DNA of 64,000 nucleotides from an uncultured bacterium. GTDB lineage: Bacteria > Patescibacteriota > Minisyncoccia > Phycocordibacterales > Phycocordibacteraceae. The notes beneath the pieces were generated by a model, which ran no database searches, was not told the origin of the DNA, and was given only the letters and a program-made list of their open reading frames with translations. This document shows positions 27,762 through 36,451 of the stretch, piece by piece; the stretch's first letter is position 1; each line of letters begins with the position of its first letter. Both the position numbers and the translations under genes were made by a program. The stretch is from contig CAIJZI010000009.1 in assembly GCA_903825105.1 (NCBI GenBank), forward strand, positions 216-64,215, written 5' to 3'.

Positions 27762-28634
27762 CTATTTCATACAGAGTGCACCTTCTTTGATCCACGAATA
27801 CGCGACCGTCCCGTTCTGAAAGACGACGAGCTGACGCACGAAGTCTTTGTGCGGGTCGTGCTTCGTCACATAGTCGGTGAGACGCAGGATCGCGCCGTTG
27901 TAGTCGTAGACGCCGCCACCCCACACATGTCCGTGGCAGAGCTTCGTATTCTTGCGAAGCCACCAGCGAATAGAGAGAATGCCGAGCCGCGATGGGGTGA
28001 ATTCACTGCGCGATCCGTCCGGATTCCCGACCGGCCACGAAGTGATGTTATCGACGCCGTAGTCGTTGATGAGTCTGCTCACCGCTGATTCGTATGATTC
28101 TGCGTTATCGACGCCGCCACGCCGCAGAAGGAGCGTGCCGCGCACACCGACACCAAACTTCCTGATGTCCTCGAATATTTTTCGAAACTCAGGATATCTG
28201 GGAAGTCGGTATGCAGCAGCCTGTTCGGCCTGATCAACTGAATGAATTGAGATGGCGATGTTCGTGAGTCCAAGTTCCCTCCAGCGAGGCAGCCACCGTT
28301 CGCAGAATGATTCATTCGCGAAGAGTATGCCGTTTGTAAAGAGATTCACATTTGGGAAGTACGCGCCCTGATCCGCACATTTTTTGTACACTTCGAGCGC
28401 TTTGGTCACCGCAGACGGGCTACAGGTTGGCTCGCCGCTGCTCGTTAAAGAGAGCGACCAGCCGCCATAGCGAGCACAAAGCTTAATCGCCGCCTCATAA
28501 TTCTTCCAATAAAGCGGGTTGTCTATCTCCGCATCCGGGCGAAGATATTTGCCAGCGCAGAATGCACAATTGCCATTACACGCGCCACTCCCGACAAGCG
28601 CCGAAACGCTGTAGATTTTTTCAATGCACGCCAT
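27762..28634 (-). CDS. Radical SAM enzyme (activase-like, single 4Fe-4S cluster; family unresolved)
   Basis: CNGNCAFC (CX3CX2C) at residues 19-26, glycine-rich SAM motif LTSSGEP, TNG and AISxxS motifs; no SPASM or second cluster. Confidence 0.75.
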   Translation of the reverse strand: MACIEKIYSVSALVGSGACNGNCAFCAGKYLRPDAEIDNPLYWKNYEAAIKLCARYGGWSLSLTSSGEPTCSPSAVTKALEVYKKCADQGAYFPNVNLFTNGILFANESFCERWLPRWRELGLTNIAISIHSVDQAEQAAAYRLPRYPEFRKIFEDIRKFGVGVRGTLLLRRGGVDNAESYESAVSRLINDYGVDNITSWPVGNPDGSRSEFTPSRLGILSIRWWLRKNTKLCHGHVWGGGVYDYNGAILRLTDYVTKHDPHKDFVRQLVVFQNGTVAYSWIKEGALCMK

Positions 28635-28701
28635 AGTTCCTCCTTATCAAAAAACCGCTCTCCGTTTATGAGTATGCGGGTGATAGAAAAGATTAAAATG
28701 G

Positions 28702-28756
28702 CTATATGTTGTGCTTTTTTAATATAAATATGCTTGCTTATGACTATATATTGTCG
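28702..28756. promoter_or_regulatory. Divergent promoter region with NrdR-box-like AT palindromes
   Basis: gACTATATATTGTc (28742-28755) is one mismatch from the NrdR box core ACTATATATAGT; a weaker copy gCTATATGTTGTG lies at 28701-28713. Confidence 0.35.
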
Positions 28757-28768
28757 TATGATGTGCTT

Positions 28769-29224
28769 ATGAAATGCATTTACTGTCAGCAGAGCGGGAC
28801 CGAGGTGGCGAACTCGCGTTCGGTAGCGCGCGATACGAGCATCTGGCGACGCAGGCACTGTTCTTCTTGTGGAAAGACATTTACCACACGCGAAACATCG
28901 GTTGGCGATAATTTATTTGTGATAAAAAGAAATGGATCACGACAACGATTTGTATATGAAAAGTTTTTTGCTTCGATTTATTTCGTCTTACATACCGGCA
29001 AAAAGAGCGACAGCGGCGATTCTGCAAAGATGGCAAAAGAGGTCACCCTCGCGGTACTCGAACAAGTGTTTTTGAATAATAAAGGAAAGGAGGTGCGGAC
29101 AAGTAAGCTTATAGAGCTCACTTATAAAGAATTACGAAAGATTAATCGTTCGGTCGCCTTCGCCTACGGCACCTATTCTGAATATCGCTCTAAAAAGCTC
29201 ATACAAATGGGCTTTATGGTGTAG
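28769..29224 (+). CDS. nrdR: Transcriptional repressor NrdR
   Basis: MKCIYCQ...CSSCGKTFTTRE zinc ribbon and an ATP-cone. Confidence 0.9.
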   Translation: MKCIYCQQSGTEVANSRSVARDTSIWRRRHCSSCGKTFTTRETSVGDNLFVIKRNGSRQRFVYEKFFASIYFVLHTGKKSDSGDSAKMAKEVTLAVLEQVFLNNKGKEVRTSKLIELTYKELRKINRSVAFAYGTYSEYRSKKLIQMGFMV

Positions 29225-29292
29225 AATCGCCAGTACTTGCATTTATTATTATATGGGTTAGGATACTCGCACGGGAAATTGGAGCCCGTAAG

Positions 29293-29640
29293 ATGAAGAG
29301 ACTGCTCTTTCTGCTCAGTTTTGCGGCCATTTTGGCCACTATTACCGCCCTGCCGGCCAACGCAGCCATCCCGGCCAATACCGTCACTTCCACCATCTCG
29401 ACCTCGACGACCACCGCCTTTGTCCCGACCCCGCCGCCGGCAACGGCACGGCCCAGCGATGCGCTGATGCTGCCAGGATTGACGGCCACGGACAAGCCGC
29501 AGCCAGCGCAGCGACTCACGGCATTCTTGCCGATGCCGCCGCCTCCTCCTCCGGACCTTCCGCCGCCACCGCCGGACCCGAACGCGCCTCCTCCGAGGTG
29601 TGAGTATCTCATCGACCTTCTGAACCCTGCGTGCTGGTAG
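29293..29640 (+). CDS. Secreted proline-rich protein
   Basis: Signal peptide, PPPPPPDLPPPPPDPNAPPP, C-terminal Cys pair. Confidence 0.5.
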   Translation: MKRLLFLLSFAAILATITALPANAAIPANTVTSTISTSTTTAFVPTPPPATARPSDALMLPGLTATDKPQPAQRLTAFLPMPPPPPPDLPPPPPDPNAPPPRCEYLIDLLNPACW

Positions 29641-29646
29641 CACCGC

Positions 29647-29685
29647 CCCCGAAGCGAGTTTCTCGCTTCGGGGATTCTTTTTTTA
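29647..29685 (+). terminator. Rho-independent terminator
   Basis: ccccgaagcgag-ttt-ctcgcttcgggg followed by T8. Confidence 0.8.
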
Positions 29686-29710
29686 TAAACAATCGTCTGT
29701 TCCCCACGCG

Positions 29711-29750
29711 CAAAACAAAAAACGCCTTTGGGAGGGCGTTTTTTGTTTTG
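29711..29750. terminator. Bidirectional terminator (A-run, hairpin, T-run) serving tRNA-Asp
   Basis: aaaacaaaaaacgcc-tttgggag-ggcgttttttgtttt. Confidence 0.7.
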
Positions 29751-29824
29751 CGCGGTCGACCGGACTTGAACCGGCAACCTTCCGCGTGACAGGCGGATGC
29801 TCTAACCAGTTGAGCTACGACCGC
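29751..29824 (-). tRNA. tRNA-Asp(GTC)
   Basis: Acceptor GCGGTCG/CGACCGC, anticodon loop CTGTCAC, T-arm GCCGG-TTCAAGT-CCGGT. Confidence 0.85.
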
Positions 29825-30106
29825 AAATGAGAAGCAATATGACTGTCCTTAGTTATATTCTTCGAATTTGCGAGGCGTATGAGTTTTGCTCATACGACCG
29901 CAGAGCGAAGAACCAAAGTGAAAATGAATTTTCACTTTTTCTGAGCGATGCGGTCGAAAGCCCGTAGGGCTTACAACCGCATTTCCATACTACCAAATTT
30001 CTTAAAATTTTGTTAGTGTTGAGATACAGCTGGTGTATGATTACATACATTCAGCTCGTTCGGAGAACACAAATGTTCGAAGACGCACATTTGTGTTTCT
30101 TCACTC

Positions 30107-30180
30107 GCTGGTGTAGCTCAGGTAGTTAGAGCATGGCACTCATAAAGCCAAGGTCGAAGGTGCAAGTCCTTCCACCAGCA
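30107..30180 (+). tRNA. tRNA-Met(CAT) (could be Ile-lysidine), atypical D- and T-loops
   Basis: Acceptor GCTGGTG/CACCAGC, anticodon loop CTCATAA; D-loop AGGTAGTTAG lacks GG and T-loop is TGCAAGT (G55). Confidence 0.65.
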
Positions 30181-30185
30181 CAAAA

Positions 30186-31979
30186 TTAGTCGTTTGATAT
30201 AAACCCTCCCGCCTGAATCTCCCAGAGTTTTTTATAGAGATTACTTTCTTTCGCGAGGAGCTCGCTGTGCGTACCCGAGACCGCGACTTTCCCCTCTTCC
30301 ATAATAATCAGGCGATCCATATGCATCACCGTCGAGAGGCGGTGCGCGATCACGATAACCGTCTTCCCTTCCATCAAGACTTTCAGCGAATCTTGAATAA
30401 ACTTTTCTGATTCAGAATCGAGACTTGAGGTCGCTTCGTCGAGGACAAGTATCGGCGCATCTTTTAAAATCGCGCGCGCAATCGCGACGCGCTGACGCTC
30501 GCCGCCCGAGAGCTTCACGCCGCGCTCGCCAACCATCGTATTAAACTTTTCTGGATAGCGATCGATAAATTCGTAGCAGTGTGCCTCCTTCGCTGCTTCA
30601 ATCACCTCTTCGTCGGTCGCGCTTTGGCGGCCATAACGAATATTCTCCATAAGCGAGCGGTGAAAGAGTATCGGCTCCTGCGAGACGAAGGCGATCGAGG
30701 TGCGTAAGCTCTCTTGTGTCACTTTTGAAATATCCTGGCTGTCTATCTCTATCGCGCCACTATTTATATTGTACAAACGAAGAAGGAGTTTAACGAGTGT
30801 CGACTTCCCTGCGCCTGAAGAGCCAACAATCGCGACCTTTTCGCGCGGCGCGATATCGAGAGAGAAATGTTCAAGCACTTCGCGATTTTTTTCATCATAA
30901 TGAAAGTTCACTTCGCTAAATGAAATCGCGCCTTCGGTAACCTGAAGAGGCGGAGCATTTGGAACATCCTGAATCCCGTGTGGCAGCTCCATAATGTCGA
31001 ACATCTCGGTTGCATCGGCGAATGCACTGTAGAGCTGATTCATACTTCTCCCAATACCCCAGACGCGATCGATAATGCCAAGAATATAGACCTGAATAAG
31101 CACAATGTCTCCCACTGTCACGACTCCCTTTCCCCACAAGACTACTGCGCCACCAAGAAGGGCTAATTCTATAAAAATAGCCATCAGTCCTTGTATGCTC
31201 GTAATACGCATACTTGCATTCCACGCGCGTCTCGTCGCCACATACCACTGATTAATCAATTTCCCAAACTGCGAACTTTCATACTGAGCTGAAGCAAATG
31301 CGGTTATGGTGGTGTGATTACTTATCGAATCTGAAATGTGCCCAGTGAGCGCGCTGTCTTCTGCTGTCCGAGCTGCGCGCAATACCTGGAACGAGCGCAT
31401 CATGCGAAACTGAATATAGATAAAAACAACTGCCCAGATAAAAAGACCGGCACCAAGCCACACGCTACGAAGCGAAAGTATCCAGACAACACCAACCACA
31501 AAGAGGAGTGTCGGCAGGAAATTGTAAGTAGCAATATCAAACACTTGTTCAAAAGAAGTCGAGTAGCGTGTCGCCCGGCGCGTTAAGGTGCCGGTAAAAT
31601 TGGAGATGAAAAATTCGTGCGCGTGACCAAGCAGCTTATCGTACGCATTTTTATAGAGATCGGTCATTACTTTTGATTCGACCTGTTGACTTGCCAGCGT
31701 ACCCACTCTATCGCCAATCCAGCTCACGAGATTCATCACACCAAACAAAATAAGCGCTACGAAAATTGCTGTCACGACAGTAGCAGAAGGTGTACCTGTC
31801 GAGAGGAGGTTCACGAATTGGCGGAGATAAAGTGGAGCGAATATTCCGGCCACTTGCGCGATTATTATTCCAACAACAGTGGCGGTTAATGCCCACGGGT
31901 AGACAAAAGTCGCTTTGCCATAAGCACGAAGCACGGGCCAAACACGCGCTGGTTTTTTATCTTTTGGAGCTGATTCCAT
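30186..31979 (-). CDS. ABC exporter, fused permease-ATPase (MsbA-like)
   Basis: Six-TM N-terminal domain then a C-terminal NBD (GSSGAGKST, LSGGERQR, LVLDEATS). Confidence 0.9.
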   Translation of the reverse strand: MESAPKDKKPARVWPVLRAYGKATFVYPWALTATVVGIIIAQVAGIFAPLYLRQFVNLLSTGTPSATVVTAIFVALILFGVMNLVSWIGDRVGTLASQQVESKVMTDLYKNAYDKLLGHAHEFFISNFTGTLTRRATRYSTSFEQVFDIATYNFLPTLLFVVGVVWILSLRSVWLGAGLFIWAVVFIYIQFRMMRSFQVLRAARTAEDSALTGHISDSISNHTTITAFASAQYESSQFGKLINQWYVATRRAWNASMRITSIQGLMAIFIELALLGGAVVLWGKGVVTVGDIVLIQVYILGIIDRVWGIGRSMNQLYSAFADATEMFDIMELPHGIQDVPNAPPLQVTEGAISFSEVNFHYDEKNREVLEHFSLDIAPREKVAIVGSSGAGKSTLVKLLLRLYNINSGAIEIDSQDISKVTQESLRTSIAFVSQEPILFHRSLMENIRYGRQSATDEEVIEAAKEAHCYEFIDRYPEKFNTMVGERGVKLSGGERQRVAIARAILKDAPILVLDEATSSLDSESEKFIQDSLKVLMEGKTVIVIAHRLSTVMHMDRLIIMEEGKVAVSGTHSELLAKESNLYKKLWEIQAGGFISND

Positions 31980-32014
31980 AAAATTATTCTAACATTTTTT
32001 GTTATACTGGCTCT

Positions 32015-33313
32015 ATGAATAGAACGATACAGAACTTTGAGGAGTTGGCTAAAAATGATTTGCGAAATGACGCGCTTTTAATCGCTGAAGCTGGATATGA
32101 AGCGATACAGGTCGGCAATGCATTAAAAAATAAATTACATATTGAAAACGGCGAGCTGACGGTCGGCGACAAAAAATATGCGCTTCTGAACCGGCGCATA
32201 TTTTTTGTCGGTGTTGGTAAGTGTGCGTTTGTCGCCGCTCACGCGGCGGAGGAATTATTTGAAGATTTTCTTACCAGCGGCATCGCACTCGATGTTTCAG
32301 ATGATGAAAAAAATTCTCTGAAAAAAATAGAAAAAAGTGTCGGCACCCACCCCCTCCCTAGCGAAGAAAATGTACAAGCAACAAGGAAAATTCTTGAACT
32401 TCTTTCGAATCTCACCCCTGATGATCTGGTTATTATGATCATTTCTGGCGGTGGTTCTACCCTCCTCTGCCAGCCGCCCGAAAAAATGACTTATGAAGAC
32501 GAGATCGCGATTTTTAAAGCACTCACCGCGCAGGGCGCGCCGATTCAAGAATTAAATGTCGTGCGTAAGCATTTGTCGCTCGCGCGCGGCGGCAATCTAG
32601 CAAAAGCTGCGTATCCGGCTGAAGTGCTTTCGCTCGTCGTCTCTGATGTGCCGGGAAATGATATTGAGTTTATTTCTTCAGGGCCGACCGTACTCGACTC
32701 GTCGACCATAGACGATGCAAAAAAGATTTTAGAAAAATATGCGGTCAATTCTGAAAAAATAGTTCTCCTCGAAACGCCCAAAGAAGAAAAGTATTTTGAA
32801 CGCGTATCGACACTTTTATTTTTATCGAGTCGCGACGCGCTTCTCTCGATGCTCCGGGAAGCGATTAAGCGAGGCTACGCTGCGCAGATAATTGATGAGA
32901 AATTTAAAGGTGAGGCGCGCGAGATTGGTAGATTGGTAACAGAAAAACTTCACGAGGCGACGCCTCGTGGTGTGATGCTTTACGCAGGCGAGAGCACCGT
33001 CACTTTTACTGAGGTTCAACCTCCGGAAAGTAAAGGTGGCAGAAATCAAGAAATAGCACTTTCTGCACTCGAGCATATAAAAGAAGACGAGATCGTCATC
33101 CCCTTTGCATCAGACGGGCACGACAACACCGACCACGCGGGCGCGATCGCAGATTCTACGACGCTTTTACATGCACAAGAAAAAAATCTTTCTCTTTCTG
33201 ACTATCTCGAGGCACACAATTCATATGAATTCTTTTCCACAACGAATGATGCGCTTATTACAGGCTATACTGGAAGCAATGTGGCAGATCTTATTATCGC
33301 GATTAAAAAATAA
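32015..33313 (+). CDS. Glycerate 2-kinase, MOFRL family (TtuD-like)
   Basis: DUF4147 plus MOFRL architecture (FVGVGKCA...ISGGGSTLL...ASDGHDNTDHAGA). Confidence 0.75.
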   Translation: MNRTIQNFEELAKNDLRNDALLIAEAGYEAIQVGNALKNKLHIENGELTVGDKKYALLNRRIFFVGVGKCAFVAAHAAEELFEDFLTSGIALDVSDDEKNSLKKIEKSVGTHPLPSEENVQATRKILELLSNLTPDDLVIMIISGGGSTLLCQPPEKMTYEDEIAIFKALTAQGAPIQELNVVRKHLSLARGGNLAKAAYPAEVLSLVVSDVPGNDIEFISSGPTVLDSSTIDDAKKILEKYAVNSEKIVLLETPKEEKYFERVSTLLFLSSRDALLSMLREAIKRGYAAQIIDEKFKGEAREIGRLVTEKLHEATPRGVMLYAGESTVTFTEVQPPESKGGRNQEIALSALEHIKEDEIVIPFASDGHDNTDHAGAIADSTTLLHAQEKNLSLSDYLEAHNSYEFFSTTNDALITGYTGSNVADLIIAIKK

Positions 33314-33325
33314 TTAAAAAATAAT

Positions 33326-35746
33326 ATGGCAAAACCATTTATTCTTTGGTTCGAAGAAATCAGTATGAAGGATGTCGGCCAAGTCGGCGGGAAGAACGCT
33401 TCGCTTGGCGAGATGGTACGCGACCTCGAGCCAAAGGGCGTGAAGATTCCGCACGGCTTCGCGATTACTGCTGAAGCCTATTATTACTTTTTAAAACAAA
33501 CCGGTCTCGATGATTTTATAGAGAAGACGCTGAATAAATTGAATACAAAAAATCTAAAAGAGCTCTCGCGCTGTGCGAAGCTAGTGCGCGATGCGATTCG
33601 CTCGACGCCACTCCCCGAGGGTCTCGCCAAAGAAATTAAAGAAGCGTACGCAAAGATGGAAAAAGAATACGGCAGAAATGTCGATGTCGCTGTGCGTTCA
33701 AGCGCGACTGCTGAAGACTTGCCTGGCGCGTCGTTCGCGGGCGAACAAGAGACCTATCTGAACATTCGTGGCGGCGACGCAGTCGTGCACGCTGCTATTT
33801 GGACGATGGCGTCCCTCTTCACCGACCGCGCGATCTCCTATCGCGCCGACAAAGGATTCGATCATATGAAGGTCGCTCTCTCGGTTGGAGTACAGAAGAT
33901 GGTGCGGAGCGACAAGGGCGCGTCAGGCGTTATGTTCACCGTCGATACTGAAAGTGGTTTTAAAGATCTGGTGCTTATTAACGCAGTTTGGGGCTTGGGC
34001 GAGATGATTGTGCAGGGGCATGTCACGCCAGATGAGTATTTGGTGATGAAATCGAAAATTGGAAAAGTAAAAAACCCTATCATTGCGAAAAAGCTCGGGG
34101 TGAAAAACTTGAAGATGCTCTACGCGCTCGGTAAGACAGGGATTAAACAAACAAAAGTGGTAAAAACTTCTCCTACGGAGCAATCGCATTTCGTTTTAGA
34201 AGAACGCGAGGTGCAGAAGCTCGCCGTATGGGCAGCGCTTATCGAAGAACATTATTCGACACGAGCAAAGGTCTGGACACCGATGGATATGGAATGGGCG
34301 AAGGATGGTGCGAGTGGCGAACTCTTTATCGTGCAGGCGCGCCCAGAAACGGTGCAGGCAGAACGCGACTTCTCAAAAATTGTTGAATACAAAGTCTCTG
34401 GTCAAGGTAAGGTGCTCGCTGAAGGAATCTCAGTTGGTTCGAAGGTCGCTTCGGGCGCTGTGCATGTGATTATGAGCACGAAACAGATTAAAGAATTTAA
34501 GAAGGGTGAAATACTCGTGACAACTATGACCGACCCCGACTGGGAGCCGATTATGAAAATGGCATCGGCGATTATTACTGACAAGGGTGGGCGCACGAGT
34601 CACGCCGCAATTGTCTCACGAGAGCTCGGGCTACCGGCGATCGTTGGCGCAGGGAACGCCACAAAAGTTTTGAAAACGGGAACGCTCGTGACCGTTGATG
34701 CGTCGGGAAGCGTCGGGATGATTACTGCGGGCAAAGCGAAGATCACGATGCGCGAGCATATCTTAAAGTCATTGCCAAAAACGAAGACAAAAATAATGGT
34801 GAATATCGCATCGCCAGATATTGCATTTGAAAATTCGTTTTTGCCGGTCTCGGGCGTCGGACTCGCGCGAGAAGAATTTATTATCGCGTCGAACATCGGC
34901 GTACACCCGCTCGCGATTCTTAATTATAAAAGGCTCACACCAAAATTGCGCAAAGCAATTTCTAAAAAGATGGCTGGCTGGAAAGATCCGGTTGATTATT
35001 ATGTCGACAATCTCGCCTACGGCATCGCTAAAATCGCCGCAGCCTTTTCTCCACGACCAGTCGTTGTTCGATTCTCTGACTTCAAGACCAATGAATACGC
35101 GACGCTGCTCGGCGGAGAAGCCTATGAACCAAAAGAAGAAAACCCGATGCTCGGTTGGCGCGGTGCTTCTCGCTACTACGATCCAAAGTTTAAAAATGCG
35201 TTCGCACTCGAATGCCGCGCCTTCGTCAAAGCGCGCGAAGAAATGGGGCTCGACAACATTATCCCGATGATTCCCTTCTGTCGTACTATTGGCGAAGCAG
35301 AACAAGTCTTAAAAGTGATGGCAGAGAACGGCCTCGTCGCGAATTCGCTCGCGAAGAATGGGCGAAAAGGCGTACCGGTGTATGTGATGTGCGAGATCCC
35401 ATCGAACATTCTTCTCGCCGAAGAATTCTTGGATCTCTTTGACGGTATGTCGATTGGCTCAAACGATTTGACTCAACTCACCCTCGGCCTCGACCGCGAT
35501 TCTGGAATCGTGACGCATATCAGTAATGAAAATGATGAAGCGGTGCGCGCGCTTATTAGTACGATTATTCGAAAGTGTAAAGCGCGCGGGAAATATCTCG
35601 GCATCTGCGGTCAAGGGCCTTCTGACCTTCCCGACTTCGCCGAGTTCTTGGTCAAAGAAGGCATCCCGAGCATGTCGCTCAACCCTGACTCCGTTATCAA
35701 AACGCTCGAGAATATTGCTGAGATTGAGGAAAAACACGAGCGTTGA
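33326..35746 (+). CDS. ppsA: Phosphoenolpyruvate synthase (pyruvate, water dikinase)
   Basis: N-terminal ATP-grasp (VGGKNASLGEM), phosphohistidine domain (GGRTSHAAIVSRELG) and a PEP-utilising TIM barrel. Confidence 0.9.
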   Translation: MAKPFILWFEEISMKDVGQVGGKNASLGEMVRDLEPKGVKIPHGFAITAEAYYYFLKQTGLDDFIEKTLNKLNTKNLKELSRCAKLVRDAIRSTPLPEGLAKEIKEAYAKMEKEYGRNVDVAVRSSATAEDLPGASFAGEQETYLNIRGGDAVVHAAIWTMASLFTDRAISYRADKGFDHMKVALSVGVQKMVRSDKGASGVMFTVDTESGFKDLVLINAVWGLGEMIVQGHVTPDEYLVMKSKIGKVKNPIIAKKLGVKNLKMLYALGKTGIKQTKVVKTSPTEQSHFVLEEREVQKLAVWAALIEEHYSTRAKVWTPMDMEWAKDGASGELFIVQARPETVQAERDFSKIVEYKVSGQGKVLAEGISVGSKVASGAVHVIMSTKQIKEFKKGEILVTTMTDPDWEPIMKMASAIITDKGGRTSHAAIVSRELGLPAIVGAGNATKVLKTGTLVTVDASGSVGMITAGKAKITMREHILKSLPKTKTKIMVNIASPDIAFENSFLPVSGVGLAREEFIIASNIGVHPLAILNYKRLTPKLRKAISKKMAGWKDPVDYYVDNLAYGIAKIAAAFSPRPVVVRFSDFKTNEYATLLGGEAYEPKEENPMLGWRGASRYYDPKFKNAFALECRAFVKAREEMGLDNIIPMIPFCRTIGEAEQVLKVMAENGLVANSLAKNGRKGVPVYVMCEIPSNILLAEEFLDLFDGMSIGSNDLTQLTLGLDRDSGIVTHISNENDEAVRALISTIIRKCKARGKYLGICGQGPSDLPDFAEFLVKEGIPSMSLNPDSVIKTLENIAEIEEKHER

Positions 35747-36132
35747 TTATGAATAAGGATTTCGACAAGTGGAACGAGATCAAAAAGAAGACAGAGACTG
35801 AAAGACCTCGTTTTTACACTGTGCGCGAAATCTGGTGGTGTCGAATTGGAGTAAATGTTGGCACGGAACAAGATGGCAATTCAGAAAATTTCGTCCGCCC
35901 AGCCCTTATTATTCTTGGGCTTGGAAGAAATGCGTGTGTCATTGTTCCACTTACCACTTCGAAACGAGAACACCCGCTCCGCATACCAGTCGGCATAATT
36001 GAAGGCCGCGAGGCGCGAGCAAATATCTCGCAATTGCGCGTTATCGATACGCGTCGACTAGGAGAAAAAATCTGTTTCCTCGATAAGGAGCATTTTACCA
36101 ATATACGAAAAGCCGTCAGGGATATGTTCTGA
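35743..36132 (+). CDS. mazF-like: MazF/PemK-family endoribonuclease toxin (no cognate antitoxin seen)
   Basis: REIWWCRIGVNVGTEQDG...RPALII...VIVPLTTS...QLRVIDTRR is the PemK/MazF fold signature; ATG overlaps the ppsA stop (ATGA). Confidence 0.7.
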   Translation: MIMNKDFDKWNEIKKKTETERPRFYTVREIWWCRIGVNVGTEQDGNSENFVRPALIILGLGRNACVIVPLTTSKREHPLRIPVGIIEGREARANISQLRVIDTRRLGEKICFLDKEHFTNIRKAVRDMF

Positions 36133-36141
36133 CGGCTTTTC
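36112..36141 (+). terminator. Rho-independent terminator overlapping the mazF stop
   Basis: gccgtcag-ggatatgtt-ctgacggc followed by TTTT. Confidence 0.65.
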
Positions 36142-36451
36142 GAACTTATTTCCCTCTCGCGAGGGTGAGGCCGAAGCCAACTGTTCTAACAGTGTATATC
36201 CGACGAGATCTGTGTCAATAGCTAATAGTGGATAACGCATTATTCCTTCGCGCGCCAGTTTATTTCGAAAGAAATTGAATATTTGCCTGCAATCTTCCAT
36301 TTAGAAAATCTGAGGAAAAATAACTGAAATTTGTTTTCAGAAATCTTCCCGAATCCAAACCTGTTAAGTGTTAATTCTATGTCTATGACCATATCTGAGA
36401 TTATACACCCCTAAAATTTCTGTTGTATACTTAAATTTAAGTAATCTAATT

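Noticed and set aside
27430-27963. Full 177-aa ORF for the small protein downstream of the radical SAM gene
   Set aside because: The N-terminal 100 aa is Arg-rich and overlaps the radical SAM gene by ~200 nt in another frame; the internal Met with a GAGG RBS gives an independent 74-aa product.
36058-36300. Antisense 80-aa ORF as a MazE-like antitoxin
   Set aside because: It is on the opposite strand overlapping the mazF 3' end and has no antitoxin-like DNA-binding motif or RBS; treated as a shadow ORF, although antisense RNA regulation remains possible.
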